DNA from: Lophium mytilinum
Taxonomy: Eukaryota
Direction of reading: 5' to 3'
Length of the DNA stretch: 64,000 nt
Assembly (NCBI GenBank): GCA_010093605.1
Contig: MU004199.1
Span: 186,001-250,000, forward strand
Shown here: piece by piece, positions 1-11,355 of the stretch
Numbering within the stretch: the first letter of the stretch is position 1
How the letters are laid out: every line of letters begins with the position of its first letter
Notes under the pieces: generated by a model
The model's database searches: none
What the model saw: only the letters and a program-made list of their open reading frames with translations
What the model was told of the DNA's origin: nothing
Program-made: the position numbers and the translations under genes

Positions 1-140
1 TGGTTGCGCTTGCCCTTGGCGTGTGAGCTAAATGATACCACTATGCCAGGCGTTGGGGGGTTTTTAGGTAGTGTAGCACAGTGAAATGATATCTTGTGCT
101 CACATTTGCTGGAGTTTGAAGATGTTTTGAGTGAGGGATG

Positions 141-478
141 GTACTGTCTGAAGTCCTCTGACAAGTTCCGAGGAATTGGGTGAAAGGTGAATCGGTGGTA
201 TCTGTGTATGTAGGTTTACCACCGTCTGAAGTCCCTCGATGCATTTTTGAGAAACAGGACGACATGCGAACTGCCTACATCTATGTACATAGGGTCGCCA
301 CTGCATGAGGTACTCCACCACGCCATGAAAAGCCTGCTAAGAAAATGCTGAACGGCATGTGTGTACACCGCTTCGCCACTGCCTGAAGTGCTCCACCATG
401 CCTCCAAAAATCTGAGGAAAAAGGATCTCAGCGGTACATGTGTACCTCGCTCACCACCGCACGAAGTCCTTCAACCCC
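141..478. repeat. Degenerate tandem array, 5 units, 78-79 bp period, ~35-bp conserved core with variable spacers
   Basis: Core YGARG anchors at 149, 227, 306, 384 and 462. Cores: gtactgtctgaagtcc / ccaccgtctgaagtcc / ccactgcatgaggtac / ccactgcctgaagtgc / ccaccgcacgaagtcc; the last four are preceded by tgtgtat/tatgtac/tgtgtac. Confidence 0.8.
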
Positions 479-515
479 CCTTCCAAAAAGCAGCCAAAAC
501 AAATCCCCTTCTCCA

Positions 516-3147
516 CTAAAGCAACAACAAATCCCCACCCCCATCCCCCCCCATCTGACCCATCCCACCCATGCCACCCATCCCGTTCGCTCCCCCAGGA
601 CTCTGCACAATCCCCTGCGGCGCATTCTGCGTCACGACATACATACTCGCGCTATTCCCCGCAATCGGAGAACCCCCAAACGCGCTCTCGCGCATCTGCC
701 CCGCGTTCAGATTCGCGAAATACATATCCGCCTCACTAACCGCGGCAGCGAGATTCCCGTTCTGCGGCACGCTGGCCCCATTCCCATTCCCATTCCCATT
801 GCCGTTCCCGTTGCCGTTGATACTCGACAACGCCGCCGTATCCACAACCGGCCTCTCAGCGGCCGCTTTCTCGCGCGCCGCCTTGGCCGCGCGCACGGTG
901 GGGAGCGTGTGGCGCTGCAGCGCGGGGCTCTCGACGAGCTTGCGGGGGCGGGCGGAGCGGAAGACCTGGTTGACGGGCTTCAGGTAGACGGTGGCGAGGG
1001 TGCCGACGCTGAGGCACATTTCCTCGAGGGTGGCGGGGTCGAGCTTCTCGCTCTCCTCGGCCGTGATGGCGGGCTTGTCGCCCATGACGACGCGCTTGGC
1101 GATTTCCGGGGACGAGGAGAGCAGCCGCCAGTACATGTAGCCGCGGTCGCGGAGGTCCGGGTTGTCGGTTTCCTCGGTGGCCCATTTCAGCACTTTGGGG
1201 ACGAGCTCTTGGCCCTTTGTGGGGCGTTGGATGAAGAGTTTTACGGTCGCGGTGAGGAGGGCGAGTTGCACTTCGTGGGGCTCGTCGGCGAAGCTGTAGA
1301 GGAAGTCGTCGAGGAGTACGTCGGAGTTGTCGATGCGGTCGGCGTATTGGCCGATGACCCAGATCATGGCGGCTTTGGCTTCGGGCTCGTCGAGTGAGTC
1401 GAGGTTTTCGCAGAGCGTGCTGATGATGGACTCGTATTGGTTGGGGTACTTGCGGAAGATGTTGCGGATCACTACGGTGGCTTCTTGCACGATGTAGGAG
1501 ACTTTGGTGGCGACGAGCTCGAGCAACGTGTTAATGCAGAGGCGGGCGGCGGGCTCGATTTTGATGGCGAGTTTGCCGATGGCGCGCACGGATTTGCGGA
1601 CGAAGTCGACGTCGATTTCCGTGGCGTATCTGGAGATGGGTTAGACGTGATGGATAAAGGGGGCTAAAAACAACGTACTCTCGTAATTCTGTTAATACTT
1701 CTTTGATGTTACGTTCCGTGGCAAGCATGAAGATGAGTTCCAGCTTCGTCACCTTGACGTAAATCGGGTCGTTGTATTTGCAGAAGAAAACGCGGATGTC
1801 GTTTCGTAGCACCTCCGGCCTCCGTTGTAAAATGAGAAGAGCGTTTCGGAGGGCGAGGTATTGGATTTCGGGTCCTTTTGATAGAAGTGTGACGAGCGGT
1901 GGGGAGAGCTTATTACACAAAGATGCTATTACTTTCTGGTCGGATATGTAGTTCATGAGGTAGAGGATAACGCGAATGCAGGTTAGTACGACAGCGGAAT
2001 TTGAATGCGAAAGTCGAGGGGAGATGCGCTCAGCGAGAAGCGCTGCTTCACTAGTGTCTTGTGGGACGTAGTTCATCATGGCCTCTAAAATGTATGTTTG
2101 GCCCCATCTAGTCGGTGTTAGTAATGATACATCCCTGCAATTGGTCTGCTTACTCTGAGCAGTCAGGCAGAATCTGGACAATCTTCGAGGCACTCGCATA
2201 GTCTATAGTGAGTTTGATGCTCTCGCTCCGTTCCCAAATATCCATTAGACCTGCTAGTGCGCTCGAAACCACTGTTGGATTCTCGTCCCTCAGCATAGTG
2301 TTCAGCCGATCAATAAGATCGGAGGATTCCACTAGATGTTTATCGTGGTCGTACAGCTTCGCAACGCAGAAAGCAGCTGTTTTTCGAACGTAGGGATCTG
2401 AGTCTTTCAGGAGTCGTTTCAGGGGAGGAACGGTCGCTTCCACAAATTCCCGAACGTGGATATACGACATCGTACGTAAGGCAAGGGCCCGCACTAGGGG
2501 GTTATTGTCGTCCATATCCTATGCGACCAGTCAGCATATGAATCCCTAGCTGGCGAGCACGGCGCATACATTGACGATGATAGGCAGTGCCTTCAGTGCA
2601 ACGTCCGGTTTTATCCGAGCGTAGTTGACCAGGTATAGGAAGCACCTAAGTTCCAATCAGTTCCCGGCCCACTATGACTTCCCATAACATCGCATCGCAG
2701 CAACTAACATCTTCTTGATTTCCAGGCTCGAAATGTGCATGCAAGCTACGATATCTGGGAACAGGGCCACCATATCGTTATTGCTCATTGTCATATTCGC
2801 GACAATCTTCTTCAGCGCCGTCTTCTTCGCGGAGAAATTCTTGTCCTTCTTGCCGCCGCTGTTGAGTTCGAGACGTAGCTCCGCTACTTTGCCCTGTGGA
2901 GAACGGAGGTATTGTAAGCGCGCTGTGTTTTCGAATGCAAAGGTAGGAATGAACATGGTGACATCGCTCGACTATGGGAAACCATAGCACGGATGCGCCG
3001 TCGATTCGAGCTTGCGAAAGCGTGCAGTATCATAGACTGCAGCTGTAGAAATCGGAATGTGGTGATAATGTGTGGTAATGTTGACAAAGAAGCGCAACAT
3101 GGACGTACTCTCGCAAAGAGCTTCGCATCTTGGCCGCCTGCACTCAT
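516..3147 (-). CDS. APL1: AP-2 adaptor complex subunit beta (beta-adaptin), multi-exon
   Basis: [32 protein letters not shown]..., [34 protein letters not shown] introns (intron 1 is 3108-2894). Lacks a C-terminal ear domain, as is typical of fungal AP-2 beta. Confidence 0.93.
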
Positions 3148-3537
3148 GGCTGGTGTCCTCGTGCCTAGTCTTCAGCCCCTCCTGTATGCATGTGCTTGGA
3201 ACGAGACTACAGCTCCCCTCTCTTGCGTCCCGGTGCCGTTCTAGCCACCCTCCAACTCGAATGGCGATCCTGATTCGCTGCGGGGCTCTCACGACGCGCT
3301 GATAAGAACGAACATGTCAGATTCGACGCTGGAAAGGGTGCGAGGAGGCGATGAAGGCAGTGAGGAAGTCGATTGAGGGTGAATTGAGCGCGGAGGTTAG
3401 CGGAGGAGTGTTTCGGTGGAGCAGCGACTCGGGCGCCAAGGCTGACGGAAGAACTCGCCGGCCGAAAACGACGTCGACCTCAACACCACGCTTCTATCGC
3501 CAGTCTCGCCATCGCCTGCGCTGTCGAAAGCCTCACG

Positions 3538-4161
3538 ATGTCCTCATTACCGCCGCCGCCCCCGCAATGGGTCCTTGATCTGAACAGCACGCCTGCGAAG
3601 CCCAAGTCGAGCTCCGTGCCTGACCCGCCGGGCTTCACCTCCGCGCTGAGCAAGCAGCGTTCCCAGTCGAAGAATGCACCCACTGCTCGGAAAGCACCGA
3701 CGACCGAAGAGACGGATACGCTGAAGGTCAAGAAGGCCTGGGAGATTGCCATCGCGCCGGCGAAGCAGCTGCCCATGAACGCGTTCGGTAAGTTTCACCC
3801 ATGATCGTGGAGCCGCAAACGCAGAACAACATTGATTGCTGATGATGTCTGAACAGGCATGTACATGACCGGCAATACCCTCCAGATCTTCTCTATTTTC
3901 ATGGTCTTCACCCTTTTCAAGACCCCTATCATGGCCATCATCGGCCTGCCCCGCACATTCGCCCCGTTCACGACGCCCGGCACCTCCGGCCGTCTCCTTC
4001 CCGTACAAGCTACATATGTTGTCATGAATCTGTTGATGCTGGGCCTTGGGCTGTGGAAAGTGAATCAGATGGGATTGCTGCCCACCACCAGAAGCGATTG
4101 GCTAGCGTGGGAGAGCGAGAGGACGTGGAGCGAGAGAGCAGTGCCAAGGGCGTGGCTGTAA
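3538..4161 (+). CDS. EMC4: ER membrane protein complex subunit 4, two exons
   Basis: KKAWEIAIAPAKQLPMNAFG|MYMTGNTLQIFSI and GLLPTTRSDWLAWE motifs; intron begins GTAAGT at ~3788 and ends ...GAACAG at ~3856. Confidence 0.92.
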
Positions 4162-4835
4162 ATATACCACATTCAGTGCTTCCGACAATGAGATTTATAT
4201 CATGTCACTGGAGCCGCCTATTTTCAAGCACGTGGATGGGCCGAAGACTCGACTAATGCGCCTAAGAACCATGTAACGGCGGAAGCCAAGCTTCAGGTCG
4301 CACATCGCCTCTCTCGCCTACATCCCGCATTTTCCTTCAGTTTGCTAACCACCACCAAACCTCCCAGCTTCTGTCCATTCGCCTTCCGCCATCCATTCAA
4401 GTCGACATGAGTATCCGTGAACTGCCCGCGGAGGTATTTCAGCAGCTTCTCCAATCTTGGAAATATGTTCAGAGTACATGAGAGCAGACACCGGGTCTGA
4501 TCACATCTTAACTGCTTCACGTTAGATTGTGCGCGCAGTTCTCTTTCAGATCATATTGATTTCTAATACAGTCCAAATGAACCAAATTGGGTTTCCGTGA
4601 GAGCCAGGTTCCGGCGCAATGGGCCTTCATATTCTTCTATAAAAGCACTCGCCCTGCTCTCAATAGCCTCTACAATCACTCCACTTCTCCATGAGAACTG
4701 TACCTCCAAGACCCCTTTGCATTGGATAGAACACCTTCAGCTCTCCTTGCTTTAGACTTTCATACCTACGAAGTGTCTTCTCATACATTCAATTCTATAT
4801 CTCTCCGGCTATCAGAACTCTTCAGGCCGCTCAAA

Positions 4836-5941
4836 ATGTCCTCTCAATCCGCGATTGCCGTGACAGAGGTTGGCAAACCTGTGACTAGGATCACTTTACC
4901 CAAGCCCGAAGAATCAGAGCTCGCAGAGCACGAGCTACTTCTCAAAGTATCCGTTGCAGGGCGTAAGCGCATCATCTCCTCCAGTCTCCTCATGCACATC
5001 CCTCTATAAAAACCCTACCAGTCGCTCCGCTCGACGCAAAGATGCGAGACCGAAACCCCTTCAGCCTTCCCCTCCCCATCGTCCTCACAGGCGATATCGT
5101 AGGCAAAGTGATCCAGACCGGGACCGACGTACAGTTCCCCATCTCCAACCACGTCTTCGTGCAGCAAGTCATGCAGCGTCCAAACCGGGGCGGTCTCCAA
5201 GAACACACCATCGTTGACGGCCGCTATGCCGCTCTCGTCCCCGAAGGCATCCCCGACGCGGAAGCCGCTCTGTACCCAATCAATGCAGTCACATCTGCGA
5301 AGAGTCTTTTCACGCCGGAGGGGTTCGATTTCCCGTTCCCTGGCACGGCAGAGGCTGCCGGCTTCGACTTTGCGGCGCAGCATGTTGTGGTCCTTGGCGG
5401 TGGTACGAATTGCGGCAAGTTGGCGGTTCAGTTCGCGAGGCTCGCTGGTGTTGGGAGGGTTGTCGCGGTCGCTTCGGCGGCTGGGGGGCCTTTGCTGCGG
5501 AGTCTTGGAGCGACGCTTGTTGTTGATCGGCGGAGTGCTGGCGTTAAGGAGCAAGTCTACGCAGCGGTCGAAGGCGAAGTGCTCAATGTGTATGACACCT
5601 ACGGAAGCCTCGATTTGGGCGTGTCGCTTCTTTCAGAGAAGCGGAAGGGGACGCTGGTGCATACTACTCACGGGAAAGTCTCCGAGGAAGTTATTTCGCA
5701 GAAGAAAGCCAAGTTTGACCAAAAGTTCGTGAAGGGATTCTCGGATTCGATTCCTCTATTTGGTCAACGATTCTGGAAACAGTTCCCGGTCTGGTTGAAG
5801 ACTGGGGACATCAAGCCTCTGGACTACATTGTCATTGAAGGCATGGATGTCGACAAGATCAATGAGGTTCTGGATTTGTACCGAGATGGCAAAGGTGGAG
5901 ACCGCTATCACGTGAGGTTGTCGTCATTACACGGAATGTAG
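4836..5941 (+). CDS. Zinc-type alcohol dehydrogenase-like / enoyl-reductase (MDR family)
   Basis: Exon 1 MSSQSAIAV...LLKVSVAG, intron ~4963-5021, then APLDAKMRD...GDIVGKV and the Rossmann-like VVVLGGGTNCGKLAVQFARLAG. Confidence 0.85.
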
Positions 5942-7775
5942 AAGTTCCCGTTTATATAGCATTCCCACCCAGATCAACATGTAGCCGTCGGCGACGGTTT
6001 CGTTGGGGAATTCTTGGGGAGTCTACGCGAGATATTTTAGTACTTGCACGGTTTTTGCTCTGTTGTGTGGAAACAGACCTTTAGTAACAATTGAGCTTGC
6101 CCTATTCCCATCTGATCAGCAATCCACACCAATGCCTCCCTCATAATACGACGCTGCTGCACCTTGGTGATTGAGAGGCCGGATACTTTGAACAGAGGTT
6201 GCATGAGCAGTAGTCCTCCCAGAGACTTTCCTGGTGTCAAGCGAAACGGAGCACCACTTTCTGCGTTTTGCACCATGTTCGGTACATCGGCACAGAGATG
6301 GAAGCATAGAGAGGCCGCTATGTCATCTACCAGGTCTTGTGCTGTGGAGATTTGAGGCTGGAGGAAGTTTCGCAAGTTCAGCTTGGAGGCACAGTCGATA
6401 ATGGCGTCGATGATCATAAGGCGAACCTTGCGATACGTATTCCAAATCGTGGAGATGTATACTAAGTTGTCGGTAGTGCGTCGACTATACATAGGAAGAG
6501 TACTCACGATCGGCGTAGACATCAACACGCCCGAAGAGCCAAAAATGATTCTCTTTGAAATCCGTCATTAGCGGATCAAATTTGCCAATCGTTCTGTATT
6601 GCCACCTGTGTAGCTGTGTTGTCGCCCAATTTGCTAACTCGTTGTCTAAGTTACTTGCTGTCTGCATGATGGTGTGAAGCTCCTCTGCGATTGCCACCTT
6701 GGCTGAAAGTAGCGTCCGTACTTTTCGAAGAATGGTGAAAGATCTTGAAAATAGTAAGTCCAGACTTTGGAGTGGATGCGCTAAAGGTTGGTTCAAGCAG
6801 TCTTCAGTCTAGAATATTTATAAGTAGAGCTGTATAGGTTCGAAAGGCGGATGATCATACGTAGAGAATAGACTCAAATGCATTGCGAAAGCAACCAGCC
6901 CAGGTTAAGGTAAACAAAGACGCTCCTGCTGTAGACAGCATGGCATATACATCCCGAGAGTGTGTACCATGATTGGAACCATGTTCTTCTGTCGCCGAAA
7001 TCATCTGCTGCAGCATGAATATGAGTCGAAATAACACACAGAGTTGACAAACCTCGTATATGCCCAAGAGCACTACGACCAGCAATGACTCTGGTGTACC
7101 AGAAATGCCTCCATGCGCAAGCCGGGTTTGTAATGACTCCAGGAATTGGGTGTCTAGCACTCTTGCTTTGTTCACAAGAGATGGCCTCCTTGACTTGTCG
7201 CCCATACTGGCCAATGCGGTGATGTTGGCTGCTTTAGCAAGATCAGAAGAAGGATCTGCAGCGACTATGATTAGTTTAAAATCATCCAGAATGCTTCCCA
7301 CGAGGTCCGATGACGGCGAGGCAAGACAGTAGTCATCAAGAAGGTGACTAAAGCTCGATCCTCAAGTACAGAGTCCATTTCGATATAATGAACGTCATTC
7401 CTCAGGGCGGGACGGTACGGTCGAGTGGCTGTTAAGTTGCCGTATGGCTTGAACTGAGTTTCCGAAGATTCTGGGTAGCCCAAGCAAATACGATGCGCTC
7501 GTACGCATCTTTGGCAAGACTAGGAAGAAATGGTCATTATAAAAGGGCCTCACGGTGAAAGCGAGAGGCCGTGGTTTCAGATCAGAATCGACTGTAAGTT
7601 GCCGTTCTCATGACCGCATTCCAGAATAGCAGGATGTAGGACGGAAACATACGGGACGATTTTCATCACACTGTAAACCATAGTTAGCCCATACTTGGAG
7701 TTACAACGAGATGAATACCTTTTTCCGCCGCTTTTTGCATGTTCTGCAAGCGCTCGAGGCTCCATGATTTACCAT
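5927..7775 (-). pseudogene. Zn(II)2Cys6 transcription factor, frameshifted
   Basis: Spliced N-terminus MVNHGASSACRTCKKRRKK|CDENRP|SCQRCVRAHRICLGYP. Frameshift at ~7340 (TTC TT GAT GAC TAC TGT, expected F-x-D-D-Y-C). Fungal TF C-terminus GGLLLMQPL...WIADQMGIGQAQLL. Confidence 0.75.
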
Positions 7776-8514
7776 ATCAACGGTTAGGGTTGAATGGATC
7801 GCTCTCGAAATGCATCATCAAACATAATTTATGAATGACGGGCAGTGGACAGGACACGACTCGTGGACTGATCTAACTTGGTGAGCGTTGCGCGCGCTCG
7901 TCCGAAATAGACAAAATCGGCTGCATCGGTTGTCTGACGATCATTTTACTCTCAAGACGACACGACATCTATGTACGTTTCAAAGTCTTGCTACACGTTC
8001 GATCTTGTACGTATCGAAACTAGGATCGAAATCCAGAGAAATTCGGCACGCGCAAGTCCTCCAGCCGTTATCCCCCTTCTTTGTTTTAGCATACGCTCTA
8101 GTCCTAAGGACTGCTACACACTCTATTTCTCACAATGTTATCAAATCGACGGATCAAAATGTCTCTCTAAAAGTTCAGGAGGTAATGGGTGGTTCTAGGA
8201 AGTTCATCCTACCATCTGTAGAGTTCCTAGCCATTTCCTTCGTCCCTCTTAAAAGCAGCTCTTCTACTCATCACAGTCCTCGGAGCAAGTTTGGATCCTC
8301 TTCTCTGCAACTGCTTGGGTTCCACCTACATGTTTACACAGCCCAAAACACGATGTCACGGCCGATGAGGTAGAGTAAAGCTACTTTTCAACAGGCTGAA
8401 GACCTACTAGCTTAGCTACTCCTGAAAGGGCTGTCAGACCCCCAACGTAGCATTTACGCATTGGTTTATCAGCATGCCGTCCGACCAGACTCATAGTCCA
8501 GCACCGAATACACT

Positions 8515-10561
8515 TTACACCACATCCTCCCCATCCTCCAACTTCCCCTCCACCCCCGTCTTCACGCCCCCCTTATGCAACTTCCTCGCAACATCCCCCA
8601 CCAAAAACTCATCCACATTCGGACAAAAGAACGCCGCAACCAGACTAATCGCCCCAAACGGCAACGTACACAAAAACACAATCCTAAAACTCTCCGAATA
8701 CGCATGCTTCACCGCCTCCCCCACGACCCCCTCAATGCCCCCCGTAATCCCCGGCACCGCCGCATACGACCCCGCCGCAATCCCCTCAAACAGCGCCGGC
8801 AGACTCGCTGCCGGCAGCCCCGCTCCCGTTGCGGCCGGAGTCACATATTGCGGCAGATACGTGCTCAGTTTCGAGGATAGAATGCTCGAGTACATACTCG
8901 TCGCGACGGCGCCACACGCGATGCGAATCGCGCCCGCCGCCCCGCTCACGAGCCCGATGTCGTCGGCCGCGAAGAAATACGCGTAGCTGGACAGCGTGAC
9001 GCTCTCGACGTAGCCGGCGGCCGTCGCGCCGAGCACCATGAACGCGACGGTGCGGGCGCGGGTATGCTGGGTACTCGACGCCAGCGCCGCGACGAAGGCC
9101 GCCATGAAGGCCGACACGACGATCATCTGGATGCGGATCTTGGGCACGTAGCGGTGGCAGAAGCCGCCGAGAATCTGGCCGAGCAGCAGGCCGCCGCCGA
9201 CGGCGCAGGAGAGCCAGCCCGTTTCTTGGATGTTGTTGGGGGCGTAGAGCGCGGAGGCCATGGTGGGCCAGATGACGGTCATGGAGTAGTAGACCATGCA
9301 GCCGACGCTGGCGCAGATGGTGAGGACGTCGTATTTCAGGGATTTGAAGAGGCTCATGGGGATGAGCGGGTATTCGAGCCCGCAGAAGGCTTCCCAGATG
9401 CAGAAGAGGACGAGGGTGGCGAAGCCGGAGAGGAGCGCGCCGAGCGTGTGGGCGGATTTCCAGGGGTAGGAGGAGCCGCCCCAGTTGAGGCCGATGAGGA
9501 AGACGGTGAGGCCGGAGACGAAGAGGGTTATGCCGAGCCAGTCGAGGGAAGCGAGTTGGCGGATTTTGTTTTTGCCGCCTACGTGGAGCATTTCCTAGAG
9601 TGATGGGTTAGTCGCGTGTGGATAGGGGGTCGGGGAAGAGGGTACGCACGTAGGTGGGCGGGTGATAGAAGAAGAAGTACAGCACCACTGCGAGGGTGTT
9701 GACGATGACGCCTAGTATGTACGACCAGCGCCATTGGAGACTTGTGTTTGTGAAAAATGCACGAGCGATTGGAGGGCCGAATACGGCGAAGGGCGTGGAG
9801 GTCGCGAGGATGATGGCGTTGAAGGGGCCACGACGACTGTTGGGGACTAGCTCGGCGATGACGATGAAGAAAGAGAGCTGGCCCGCTGACGCGAGACCAT
9901 TGAGGGTGTTGGTAGCCTGGGCTGGAGGTCAGCATGCAAGGTCTTTCTGGTCTAAGAGTATGGCTTTGAGATTGGCTGCGACGTATCCAGACCCAACTCT
10001 GGGGAGTTCCTGGAAACCGTCGAGAGTATAGAAAGAAAATCCGACTCACAATTAACATCTCCACACTCTGCGCCGCCGCCCCAATGACATTAGCGATGAG
10101 TGCAAGCATCGAGCATGCAATATAAAACCACCGCCTCCCAAAGATATCGCTCAATCGTCCCACAAGCGTGAACCCAACCGAGAAACCAGCCGTCCAAGAA
10201 ACCGCAAGCCAGACGAAGTTCGGCGAAGGGCCAAGGGCCTCATTGACGAGACTGATCGTGTTGGCAGGCAATGTCCAGCCTAGATATCCGGAGACTTGGG
10301 CAAGGCATGTGGCCTAGAAAGAGATCAGTTTATGAAAATAGGAGAGGGTAACGGGATAGGCGTTTTGGTTTCAGACTCACAGCAAAGGTTCCGATAAACC
10401 CGGGGCTCCAGTAATACCCCTTCGGCATACTCGCCAAATCTCCTCCAATGGCCCTGGGGATCAACGATATCGTGGTGGATATCCCCATCTTTGTGATGTT
10501 TATGGGACTTGTCGACGTTCTCGAGCTCGATCGGAGGTGATTTGGTGCCTGGTTGCTGCAT
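8515..10561 (-). CDS. MFS transporter, TRI12/siderophore-transporter-like, with an apparent +1 frameshift in exon 1
   Basis: GRLSDIFGRRWF (MFS motif A), LDWLGITLFVSGL, many hydrophobic helices, several GT-AG introns; extra G at ~10452. Confidence 0.85.
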
Positions 10562-11355
10562 GGTGTCTGTCAAGTAAGAACTTGCGAAATTCGCGCGTGA
10601 ACTTGATGACGGACGGAAAAATGTAAACCAAGGAAGCTCAAACGTAATTTTACTTCATATAATAAACTCTCGATACACAAACTCCGCCATGAGTGGTAAA
10701 TATCTTCAGTAGAAAGTAGTAGTATCAGAAGCCAAAGAAACCCTTTCTCAACGGCGCAGAAAAGTCCAAGTTATACCAGCGCCGGAAAACGCGTCCGAAA
10801 AGCATGATGAATATGAGCAAAACTGTGCCGATGCTCTAAGCGCAGCAAAACGATACCCGGGGCCCACAATCAGGGATTATTGCGGAGTGCTGTGCCCGTG
10901 GGGAACAGGATCAGAAAGGTGGAGCTCAAAAGAATGGGGAGCAGGGAGATCCGAAGCTTCCACGTTCGCTGTCATGGATTATGGAGATGCTTGGCTAATC
11001 CCGACGCTAGTAGGGACGCGACTCGTTGGCGTTGGATAAGAGCGGCGGCGTGAGTCGTGTTGCTTATTGCATCACTGCGTATTGGAACCATGGAGTACGC
11101 AATGATATGTAAAACAGCAAAGTAGAGTAGAGCATCAAGTCACAAGGCCATATGAGCAGGACCTGAAACTGGTATTTTCATGTGCAATGCTTTTACTATC
11201 TATCGTGAATGCATTCGTACCACGACTTCGTGTCATAGAGCCACGTGAGTAGTAATCCTGAACGCCAATCTCATGACTATCCGGTATCATAACGCCAGCA
11301 ACAAGCCCGAAGCCCACGAAATAGCCCGGGAGAACAAGACATAAACACAAACCAC

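Noticed and set aside
141..478. True CRISPR array
   Set aside because: Eukaryotic context, highly degenerate repeats and no cas genes; kept only as a repeat-spacer-like array.
535..820. (NG)n and GMG repeats in the AP-2 beta tail
   Set aside because: Ordinary coding microsatellites in a disordered region.
438..1397. 319-aa plus-strand ORF and similar long antisense ORFs (e.g. 9064-9603, 42463-43077, 48488-49558)
   Set aside because: Antisense shadows of GC-rich, codon-biased real genes.
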